Positions 11,820 to 22,508 of a DNA stretch of 54,873 bases are shown here, one piece after another. The notes beneath the pieces were generated by a model. That model searched no databases, was not told where the DNA came from, and saw only the letters and a list, made by a program, of their open reading frames with translations. The position numbers and the translations under genes were made by a program. The DNA comes from Microthyrium microscopicum. Lineage: Eukaryota. Position 1 is the stretch's first letter. Each line of letters begins with the position of its first letter. The stretch is taken from contig MU004240.1 in NCBI GenBank assembly GCA_010405405.1, positions 1,684,814-1,739,686 on the forward strand, written 5' to 3'.

Positions 11820-13392
11820 ATGGACGACTTCAACTACGATCTGACGGATGAATACGGTAATCCAGTTGATCCTAATCTCGTTATCACAGAGGAAGAAGCT
11901 CGTCGCTTGCAAGCTGAGTTAACTTCGATTTTGGCAGGCGCTGGTTACGGGAACATCAATCCTAATCCAAATATAAGCCAACCAGAGATAACGCGAGCCG
12001 CCTTACCGCTTCAGCCATCCTTGACGCAACCAGACTCAACGACCCCGGAAGGCTCTCCAGAGCCACCATATAGAGATGGAGATAATACGCAACAGCGGTG
12101 GGAGGAACATCTAAACCGGTCTATAATTCGTCAACCACAATTAACAAACAGTCAAAATATTCTCCAAGCACAGAACGGTCTTCCGCAATCGTATGGACCA
12201 CCATCCTTTCATCCAGTTATACAACCTCAAGCCGGCCCTCCAATTTACCAGCCTCGTGTACCAGAAAGCCAGTATCTGCATCAAGCGTCAAGTGGGTTTC
12301 CGCAATTGAACGGACCATTACCACTTCTTTCGGGTATGCAATCCCAAGTGGGCACTGCAACTTCTCAGTTCCGTATATCAAACAACCCGAGTCTACACCA
12401 ATCACAGAATGGATCATCGCAAATATACGGGCTGCCACTGCTCTATCCAGGTATGCAGGCCCAGTATGGTGCGCCATCCGTTACCGCAAATGGACAGCCT
12501 ATGTCCACCTCAAGCTACGGGGGCAATTCAAGCCACCAGACCACAGGAGTCCAGCAACTCGAGCAACCTCTGCAGCGTAACACCACTCAAGGCGCTTCGA
12601 CTGGCCCATTATTCTCACTTCAGTTCGCTGCGCCGGTCACTCCTGCCAATTACGGCCAAATTGTTCCTGCAGCCCCAACAACTATCGCTACTGACCCCAC
12701 CCCGGCTGCTGCTCCAGCAATACCTACACGTGTTACCAGAAGCGGATTGGTCGTCGGGCTTGCTCCGAGACAGAATGGGCAGCAGATAAGAACCGATGTT
12801 CCTCCTCCGCTGGACCCCAATCGCAATGTTGACATGCCAAATGCTGGAGACTGGCATCACTCAGAGTTACCAGCGATAGCAATTGGAAACGGGCTCTACC
12901 AGCCGATTTACTGCCCAGTCTGTGGCGGTAATGCCTCCTGGGTACGGGGCCCCAGGAATGGGAATGACCGTCTGGAGTTCTACAACGGGTGAGTACATAT
13001 CCTACTTTGAATGTAGTCCATGAGCTAACAATGTTGAAAGGGGAAAGCCGCTTCAAGAGCATATTTATAATGCTCACGTAATGAAACCGGTCGACCGAAA
13101 CGGAGTTGAGCTTGATAAGTGGAGTGCTGGCCGCACAAACTTCGCCTGGCTCGTGGCATTGCAAACTGTTCCGCCCCTTACGCGTGACCAGTTGGATGGT
13201 CTCCAAGCCGTGCGTGCCAACTCTTCACGGCACCCGGATGTCACCTTTGAGCTCGAGGAGGGCAAACGCCGAGCTCAAAATCAGGTAGTGTTTGATGATG
13301 ACAACCAGGATGATGAAGAGGAGGAAGACGAGGAAGACGAGGAAGACGAGGAAGAGGAGGAAGACGAGGAAGACGAGGAAGACGAGGATTGA
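11820..13392 (+). CDS. Tandem paralogue 3: atypical C2H2-like zinc-finger protein, exons 11820-12988 and 13041-13392, about 506 aa
   Basis: Intron GTGAGT(12989)...GCTAAC...AAG(13040). The spliced frame reads CPVC-x28-HIYNAH and joins ORF 13081..13392, ending in a D/E tract. Confidence 0.83.
13310..13389 (+). repeat. GAR/GAC low-complexity coding repeat (poly-D/E tail; 36-bp unit duplicated)
   Basis: GAAGAGGAGGAAGACGAGGAAGACGAGGAAGACGAG occurs twice in tandem. Confidence 0.85.
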
Positions 13393-14234
13393 GAGGTCGC
13401 TTGCTTCTTCACGAAAGCTCTTCAAGATAATGGCAGGCTCGAGGTGATAGTTTGTGCTGGTTCTGTTGTTCGCAGTGGTTGTTATACTATGAAAATAATG
13501 TTTTGGTCTGAAGGTGTACGTACGGTTGTTGGTACTTTTACTGCTTCTGTTTCTGTTTTATACCCACTGTACTTCTGGTCCCTGGTTGATGCGTTGCTTT
13601 GGGATGGAGATTAATGTATAATGGAAGAGTGTTGGTCGCACTACTGAACTTAATATCGCTATTAATTGATATGCTTAGCATTATTTGGTCGGAGTTTTGG
13701 CTGTACAGTATTGATCATTCTTGGGTCGATTCAAATCCTCGTTGTTTATCTTTATTCTAGATAATAACAGTCCTGAGGAATTTCATTTTCTCCGTTGAAC
13801 TTTGGCAGTCGTGAGAAATCAATGCAGATTTTAACAAGATTTGCCATCGAAGGAGTTTTATCTATCATATAGAAATGGACGATTCCAGTCCTCTCTCGCC
13901 CATTACCTTTTAGATTGTAGTCATTGATAAACTCCCGCCAGAGTTCTGGTTTATCGATCTTGATCTTGGGGTATTTGCGTTGATAGCGCTTGACTGAAAG
14001 TTCATTAGTAGAGAATCATGACTTCGGGCTATCTAGCTAGCTCAAGTATAAGCTGCCACTACTCTGCTATGATTGTATTTGGTAGCGCTTTGTGTTTGGC
14101 CTTGATAGCATTGCCGCCATATCAAGTGCAGGGACGTAGACAAAAGAAATGGCATGCTCGCACCGAGTAACCTGTCAACCGCCGCAACGTATACAAAGCA
14201 TAGTACTCAATATTTGGTATACTCTTCTTCGTAG

Positions 14235-14972
14235 TCAATCACAGATGAGGGCGTCGATAACGAACGTAGCGGACGGGCGCCAAAGAAGCTTCAAGCTGAT
14301 GGGCGCAAGACATCTATAATGTCGATCGCTTGTTTGGAAGGGGAAGAACTTACTTTGTTGGATATAAGGCCCGACAACGAATTCCAAGGACGTTCCCCAG
14401 GCTATTGGTGGCGTATGTCTGAGAGGTGGATCCAGGATTGTGAGCTCCCACATAATGAAGCATAGATCGATTTTGCGAAGGCCTGGCAGATTTTTCAAGA
14501 CCTCCACTCCAGAGAACCGGATTGCCTCATCGTCTCCCATATCAAATGTCGAATGAGGCTCAAGGAGTTGGACAATGCATACTTGCTCTATGAGGTGCCG
14601 GTAAGGATGATGGGCAATACAGCCTGCATGGCATTCGCGGTGCGCTCTAAAAAAGTTTCGAGAATAAAGGACTTGCGATGCTTCGAGATGAATATGTCGG
14701 CTTGTGCGTAGCAGAGCAATATAATTGCCAATTGTTTTTGTTTCATTACTCATCTCTTCCAGAACGTGCTTACAGCCAAAAGACAGAGTAGAGTGGGTCT
14801 TCAGGGCCATGGAATAGACCATTTGGCGGATCTCGGTGGGAAGTTGCATAAACGGAAATGGACGGGACATCGCCATGTTGTTGATGGATGACGGGTTGGC
14901 TCTTGGACGGCGGGCTGAGCTTTGCCTCCTCATACCCCACCCTTCTTGCATTGAAGCAGGACGCTCTTGCAT
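14235..14972 (-). CDS. Hypothetical protein with an N-terminal F-box-like motif (245 aa; true start may be a downstream Met)
   Basis: PFPFMQLPTEIRQMVY followed by ALLRTSRHIHLEASQVLYSRNFF, the pattern of common fungal F-box-like orphan proteins. Confidence 0.7.
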   Translation of the reverse strand: MQERPASMQEGWGMRRQSSARRPRANPSSINNMAMSRPFPFMQLPTEIRQMVYSMALKTHSTLSFGCKHVLEEMSNETKTIGNYIALLRTSRHIHLEASQVLYSRNFFRAHRECHAGCIAHHPYRHLIEQVCIVQLLEPHSTFDMGDDEAIRFSGVEVLKNLPGLRKIDLCFIMWELTILDPPLRHTPPIAWGTSLEFVVGPYIQQSKFFPFQTSDRHYRCLAPISLKLLWRPSATFVIDALICD

Positions 14973-16099
14973 GGTTCGGGCGTTCTTTGCACGGAGCTGT
15001 ACAATCTTGATGATGGACCGCTGTTGTTGATGGTTGAATTGGACCTGTGTACGCGTTGCGTTGTGCTAGGAATTTGCGTAGAAAGCCAGACTAGAAGCAG
15101 AACGGAAGGTGGATACCTACCATGCCCGCTAACTTGCTTAGCGTTATGGCCTCAAGCATCTTGATATCTGTAAGAATTACGGAGTCCTTTTTTTGTACAT
15201 TTTCTTTTAAAGTGCATTGGTAACTAGAGGTAATCTATAAAGACCGGCGATAAGTTGTTTTGCGAATCTGGTCAGATACTCATGTTGTTATTTGATGAGA
15301 TGTATTGACAGAGTTCAGCCTGATGACTTTTCTTGGCAGCCTTGCGACTGGCACACTACTGCAATGCGACCCGCCGACCACATGCACGATACCATCCACT
15401 ATCTACAATTAAATTACAATATTCCGTACCGCCCTTAAGCTGATGAGATCAAGAGCAGGCCTGGACTCTATGTTGTCCAATCCCAATACGACTCCGGTCC
15501 CGAAAGATCCGCGAATTGCGCGTACTTCCGGCCGTGCAGTACCTCCTACCGGTAGGTACCTTTTGAACTTTCAACAGATCTTAAGTATGGCTATTTGAGC
15601 GGAAACGTGGCTTCCAGGAGGGTATTATTGCGCCAATCCTTCGATACAGGCTCCTGTGTTGCAAGAAACAGTGTTTTGATATCATAGAATTCGAAATGTA
15701 TATGTAGTTATGTGCATGTTATAAGTACCTAGCTTTTCAGATTTCGTCTTTGTCGCTTTCCAATAGGTTCGGTCTAAAAGCTACAGGTCCGACTCTGGGA
15801 TTACTCTTGGCTTTGCGTGAGCAGCACAGCGAACTTGTATACTCGTGCTCATCGCTTGGCTCTAGCGAAGTGTATTGGCAAAGTTAGTTTGTATTTCTCT
15901 TCCAAGCAAGTTTCACTATTCTTCTTGTAATTACGTAGGAAAAGGCGGGAGTAAACGAAGTCTTATTGTGATAGAGAATTTCCGACAACAAAGCCATATT
16001 GAGAAGCGATGGAGTTCTACATTTTACCATTAGGCGGTAGATCTCAAGTCGATCTGATTGCATAGTCCTCATTTAATTGCCAACCCTTAACATCTTATC

Positions 16100-18340
16100 T
16101 TTAACAGGTCTGACGTGGGACCAAACCGATTTCAAGAACTCTTTTGTTGCTCTTTTGGCCTGGCTCTGATTGAGCGCTTTGGACTGAGGTTGGTGCAACG
16201 TGGCGAGCCTCTTACAAGTCTGATATTGCTGCCAAGTACAAAAAGCTCAAGACCGACGGGCGATCCACCGGATCTATCTACGCGAACGTCACTCTGCTTG
16301 ATGACGGCCCTGCTCCCCAGAAGGAGCGCATTGCGAGCGGTCTCGCCGTGTCAAAGTTCAAATGGTGATTGACTAGAAGCTGAACGTTGTTGACCGTTTT
16401 GGTATCAAGATCACCAAGGAAGAGTTCATCGAGATCCAGCTGAACATTGGATACCAAACGACGCTTCCGTTTGAGGCAGCGCCCGACCCAAACCCTTCGA
16501 GGGAAGTATCGTGACGCTATAGAAGCCATAGGCATTCGAATACACTCTTAAATTGTATGCTGATCAATTTGGAGCTTAATCCTAACCTAATATCTACCAT
16601 GACAGTGTTTCGCCGTTGATCTGGTGAAAGAAACGGAGGAACAGGCCAAAGATGCGTTTTGGGCATTGCTTAACCGTTGGACGGAGCACTGCAAGCAAAA
16701 GTGGCAGAGTGTCGGAAACCGTGCCGGTCATCAGCAGACAGTTTGAACGGATACTGCAAATCCCATCTTTTTCTTCGACATATCAAGATCTACTTAGTAG
16801 ACATCTCTCCATTTTCGACCCATTCCATGCCATTCCATGGTTTAATAGTCTCTTTCATAGCTTTTGACTTCAATAATGAAATTCTTCCCATGCATACTGG
16901 ACTTGACAATAATAGGTGCTTGTCTGCAGTCAATCCAAGTTTTCCCACGACAAGCTGTGGGTGTCGTACCTAGTAGCCAATACGATGGGATAAATACAGA
17001 AGGTTCTGAATTGGCACTGGAACTGACAAAAAGCATCTGCCTACCCACATTCAGCCAACACAATTGTATCAGAATCGTTCGAGCGGTCCGTAAAATGAAC
17101 CTTGATAATGATATCCGCTCGGCGGTCTGCAGCTTGATGTGCCCGATATTGAGCCAACAAAGCAAGCTCGGTTACTACCAAGTTGTTCGTTTTAGATCGA
17201 GACTGATTCATACCACACTGTGCTGCAAATTTGCCCATCTCTAGCTGATGCAGTCGGATCAGAGAACATAGAGTTGGTTGTAGTCCTAGTTGCTGGCGTT
17301 GCCAACAGGAAGTCGAGCTTACCTACGCGCTAATGAGCTGTATTTTATCTCCCAGCTTCCCATACCTCCCTTAACTTGAGGCCATGCTTGCTACTTTCAC
17401 CGACTCCGCGCGGAAGTTACTCTCGCTCTTGAGCCGCGATGGAGAGACGGGCTAACCCATCATCAAAGAGCTGGGAGTCTCGAAGAAGAAATCGAATTGA
17501 CGACAGTATCGCCTGGCGCGACTCAGCTGGGGGTTACTCGCGGATATTCTACATGAACCTCGGAAGCAGAGCATACTGGAAGGTAAGATTTTGGCTCTAC
17601 TATCACATTTGCCGGGTTTCAGCACTTGATGGCTCCCATGACATTCGATGGCCGTTCCCACTAACGGACCGCAGACCAAGCTACAGCAGAGAAAACACTC
17701 AAAAATCCATTCAAGAACTGCAAAACAAAGTGAATGACACCAACACGGAGAACCGATCGCTCGTGAAAAAAGTGGATAGCCTGGAGCTTGAAAATAAGTC
17801 GCTTCAAAAAAGATCGGATCTGGTGGAGGTTGAATTGACGGAGCGACGTAAAACCACGATACCTCCACCCCATGATTCGGGGTTCTCGGACCCAAATGAA
17901 GATCTATGTGCTCTTGTTCAACAAGCGCTTGCACTAATTCTCCCAGTGAATCGACATGATCCCTATCAGTTGGCGTCGATCACCCCCTTACTCCTATATC
18001 TAGCTTGCACTTGACCGGCTATCAGGCTGCTCCCTCCGCCACCCTATCTACCCCTATGCCTCGTTCTGAAGTTGGAAAGCGAGCGCCACGCGCGCCTCGA
18101 TCAAGGAAATCCACGCCTTACGCAGCCAAAGCAACAGGCATAACTCGAATTCCCCTGCGTGTGACTGCCAAGCGACCCAAGCACGTTCTTTCATATCTGC
18201 AGAGAGCGCCTTATACTGGTGACGAATGTCGAAGATACCGACATCCAATCTCAGGCTGATGAACTAACAAAGAAATTGAATGCTGCCGTTGGCAAAAAGA
18301 TAAAGTTAGGCTATACTGAGTCACATGGAGATATCGCCTC
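16100..18340 (+). pseudogene. Decayed multi-exon gene with a coiled-coil segment (copy A of a diverged pair); boundaries approximate
   Basis: Intron-like GTAAGA(17583)...CTAAC...CAG, heptad-rich segment QKSIQELQNKVNDTNTENRSLVKKVDSLELENKSL, frameshifts and stops. Collinear similarity to 20860-21750. Confidence 0.5.
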
Positions 18341-18521
18341 AAGATATGTGTAGAAAGAAACTACTTGTTGTTTCCTGGTTTTGATATCTACCAACCCACA
18401 ACTGCTACGTGCACAAGGCCAACATGAAATTTGGCACAGGCCTCAAGTTGGAAGACTTATACCTTTTTTGGCTTCCTGAGCGCAAGCTGACCATCGGCCT
18501 GAAAGCTATTGCCCTCAAGAC

Positions 18522-18988
18522 TTAGGCCTGCGGCCAAGGTAGTTTGCTTGGCGTGCTATCCGACGGAGACGTAGTCTTGATGGAGCTCCTCGACATGACC
18601 AGCCACAGCAACACAATCAGTGTCCAGCTTGTGGATAGCTTCAGGATTCCAGGTCGTTTGGTGTTGGTGGTAGCGGCGACCAAGGTCATCGTTCTTCTCT
18701 TAAATTCATATTAGTGTCCGTTCCAGGACATCAGACCAGAGAGGACTACCTGAAATGTGCCACTATTCAGAAGCTTCTGAGCATCGGAGACCGCCTGGAA
18801 ATACTCCATTACTTGGTCGTGAATGCTTTCGTTCTTGGCATTAATGTTACCAAGCTCTTGAGTGACCGTGTTCAGTTCAGTCTTGAGGCTTCTGTATGAT
18901 TAATGAATACTAGCCAACCGTATCAGGTTTAAGCGACTTAAAAAGCAACTTACGCGACGGCTGGATCTCCAGGGTAGTTTAAGGCCAT
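18522..18988 (-). CDS. Candidate small spliced gene or pseudogene missed by the ORF track (MALNYPGDPAVASLKTELNTVTQELGNINAKNESIHDQVMEYFQAVSDAQKLLNSGTFQ...)
   Basis: ATG at 18988. Intron GTAAGT(18953)...CAG(18892) joins an open helical exon 18891-18750. A second probable intron (GTAGTC...ACTAAT...AAG) follows; the frame of the last exon is ambiguous. Confidence 0.4.
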
Positions 18989-19195
18989 GACGGTTTGATT
19001 TTTAGTTCGGTGCTTTGAGTTTGGTGGTGTTGATGTAAAAGAGGTGATGTGCTTGGCTGAAGTTATTTTGAAGGAAGCGGATTTGAAAGAAGATTTGGTA
19101 CTACGGAGAAATGACCTGGCCGGGTGTTAGACTCCAGACCCCGAAGAACAAATCTCCCCGTTTGCGGAGTCTTATGACATATCTGAAGAGGTAAA

Positions 19196-21831
19196 GTGCC
19201 TCTAAATTCTCGCTTTGCATCAAACCATGATGACTCTGCAAGTTACTCAGTCAGACTGGTCAACCACATCACCCAAACACGCAAATTTCGTCGATTCGTA
19301 TATCTCATTACTTGGAACCATGTTGCCGCAGCAGACTGGCAAATTGCCATTCGTTTCTGTCTCAAGTCAAACTTCGATGCCTCATATGCTAATATCACCA
19401 GGTTCATAACGACTGAAGACCAGCGGGACCAACACCAGCCCAACCTGAATGTTATTTTGGGAGCGGATGATTCATTGATTCGTCTCGAGCAGTTTGCTGT
19501 CCTGGTCGACGAAAAGATCCAAGGCGTCCATCGTACGCTAGCTTCGTGGCGAATATTCCATGAAAAAGACACGGATAGTTGGAACAGCAGGCAAAAGCTC
19601 AGACGGGATGGAAAGATCACGAAGAAGTTGTATCTGGTGAGAGTCTCGGGAATATACAAGGGCCTTTTCTCTAAATGCTGTGTCTAGATATATACTCAAC
19701 TCATAATTGATCATCAAGGCACAACGCGACGCGAGATTACCCAATCCCTACAAGACCTCTCCATCAATCTCTCCAAACTACGTGGTTCCATCCCAATATC
19801 GGCATACCGTGGACTTTGTGTAGCCAGAGAACAGATTTTCGATCGGACTCGACCCAACGACCCCCACAAATTCACCGCAGAATCTCGCAAGCACTTTCAC
19901 ATATCCATAGCGGTCATGAGAGAGGAATTGGGAGTAAAGCTCACCGCGGTTTCTTTACTGCGTGGGTGTCGAAGTGCAATCACCGTACCTCCATGGAATC
20001 AGCTTTCATGGGTCGCTATAGTCGTGCCGTGGATTTCGTGCAATCTTATGGAATCCACGAATTCGACCAACAAACCGCTGTACCACCTTACAACAAAAAT
20101 GTATGGTTTCAAGACGCCGTTGAAATTCTCCTCCGCCACCCGGCTTATGACGGCTCATAACGGCCACCCTGGCCACTTCACCAAAACCAAAAAGTACAAA
20201 ATCTATGTGTTCACAAATCAATTATTTACAACACAAATACTACATATTTAGACAATCTGAAGAAGCCAAATTGCAAGTTGGATTTCGCTTGATTTTTTGA
20301 AGCTTGAAATAACTAGCTAATTACGGTTGTTCATATTAAATTTTTAATCTATGAAATATGCATCTTTTCTTGGCACTTTCTGAAGATATGAAGTTGAGAA
20401 AGGGGTCGCTAATTTAGAGGGTAATAGCTTCACTAACTTAGGGGGCTATCTCACTAATTTAGCGATTAACTATGGCTCTTACTTATGTCTCCACTTTTTG
20501 TCAAAAAGTAAAAAGATCTTAGAAATAACCAACCATCATAAACATATCAAAATATACACATATTATATTTTTAGATTTTGCAAAAATACAGAAAAATTCA
20601 ATTTGCTAAATGGCTTCTTCAGAATGTCTGAAAATGTGCTATTTGGGGTGTAATAATTAGCTTTAGAATTTTGTGTTTGTTGTACTTTTTGATTTTGGGG
20701 AAGTGGCCAGGGTGGCCGTTATGAGCCGTCATACGGCTGGACCTTTCAACCAACAGGAAAGCGTCCGGAACACCTTGACCCATTTGAGCAGCATTTCGCT
20801 GCAAGGCTGGAACAACGAGCTGCTTCACCAGGCGAGCGAGGCTGGTAGTCTCCCATGGCGCTTGATGGCTCCCACGACACTTAATCGTATTCCCCACTAA
20901 CAAACCGTAGACCAAGCTATAGCAACGAATCGTGCTATCGAGAACCTATCTGAAGCTTTCCAACGACTCCAAGACCGTAGCAATATACAAGAGGAGCAGA
21001 TCAAAAGCTTACAAACTTCTACCAAAGCACGTCAAGACGACGCCAACACAGGGAGCAAAGCGCTCATGGAGCGACTGGCCAAGGTTGAGACTTCCAACGG
21101 GAATCTTGTACTAGAAGTGGAACGTCTCCAGACCGAGAACGAAAACCTTCGCAATCAAGTGCACAGCCTGGAAACTACGGAAAATTCTCTTCGATGAAAA
21201 CCACAGCATACAATATCTCCGGCCCATGTTACCGCGTTCTCCGACGACAATGAAAACCTATTTTCTTTGATTTCTCAGAGCACTCCCGCTCCAAAGCATC
21301 CTGCTAATGGTCTCCATGTTGCAGGTCATGTTTCATGCACGATACATGAGCATGGTCGAGTTCCTCGTGAAATTGCGTGTCTCGGGCTTCAGTTGCTATA
21401 ATCTGGCGCGATCATCTTAGGCTAATAAACTACAGATCCCGTTCAGCCTACCAATGTTGCTCGGGCGAAAGTACACCAGCCCAATCAGGTCGGCCCTTTG
21501 CCATTTCACCAGAGCCTTCAGGCCGCTCCACCCGGGTGACCCGCCAAAACACACCTAGACAACCCACGCCATACGAAGCCATGCAGCTAGCATCGTTTGC
21601 TCTCCTTTGCGCGTGAACAATCAAGTCACGCAGGTAAGGCACAGCATATCTGACGACGACCGCCCTATACTCTTCACCCATGTCAAAATTTCGATATCAA
21701 AACCGAGGCCGAGGCGCGGCATAAAAGAACTTAATGGCACCTTCGGCAAACCCGGCATCACAAAAGGTCTGCCTATCGATTGCTTGACCAGCACGCTCAC
21801 CCGTAGAAGAAAATACAACGCCGTGAACTAG
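19196..21831 (+). pseudogene. Decayed multi-exon coiled-coil gene (copy B), disrupted by a MITE and a premature TGA; boundaries approximate
   Basis: The exon after CTAAC...TAG(20910) reads QAIATNRAIENLSEAFQRLQ...LEVERLQTENENLRNQVHSLE, then TGA at 21195, then continues KPQHTISPAHVTAFSDDNENLFSLI, matching KTTIPPPHDSGFSDPNEDLCALV in copy A. Confidence 0.55.
20146..20733. mobile_element. MITE / non-autonomous DNA transposon (about 590 bp) with long imperfect TIRs
   Basis: TATGACGGCTCATAACGGCCACCCTGGCCACTTC at the left end is exactly inverted at the right end, and similarity extends about 135 bp inward. AT-rich non-coding interior. Flanks fit either a TA or a CGGCT duplication. Confidence 0.92.
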
Positions 21832-22508
21832 GAAGATGGTCCTGAGATTGCATGCGAGAAATGCAGGAGCCAAAAACGGGGCAGTTGGAGAGCGCTCATG
21901 TCGCTATTGATTCCATGATATACTTTCTTGTTCCGCAAAGCAGATGTGTCATTTTCAATGCAGTCTTCTCATAGTAGCGGAGAGACCTTGAACGTCAGCT
22001 CGTGCGCTGTTTGGCGGAAAGTAGAATCAATCGCAGAACCGGGTGAAGCCAACATTAACTCTTGTTCCCGCCCGTTAAAATTTTGTTCCGCAGCATAATT
22101 ATCTGTTGGCCAACCTTTATATGGAGCCACGGCTCAAGTCTAGGTCCCCCGCTGCCCAGCCCTGTGGCCAAACATAGCTGCGCCACCTCCTGCTAGCCAC
22201 AAGCAGATCTGCGAGGTCTCGTAAGGACCAGCCAATGCTCATTTGCGGAAGAATAAAATAAGCTGCGGAAGACCAGGGTTTTATAGTAAGTCATCCACAA
22301 GTCATCTATATTATCCGCAGTGTAGTTGTTTTGTTCTGTAGTACTTGTTACGATTGCTTATACTATTAGTCCAAACAAATGGGTCCAGCCCATAGTAACT
22401 TGTAATGTAATTTAACACGTCGTAGGATGTTGAGTGGCTACTTGTACCAGGAGGCCAGTGGGAAGTCAATTATCGAGACGAGAAGATCGCCATAGAAACC
22501 CTGAGCGT

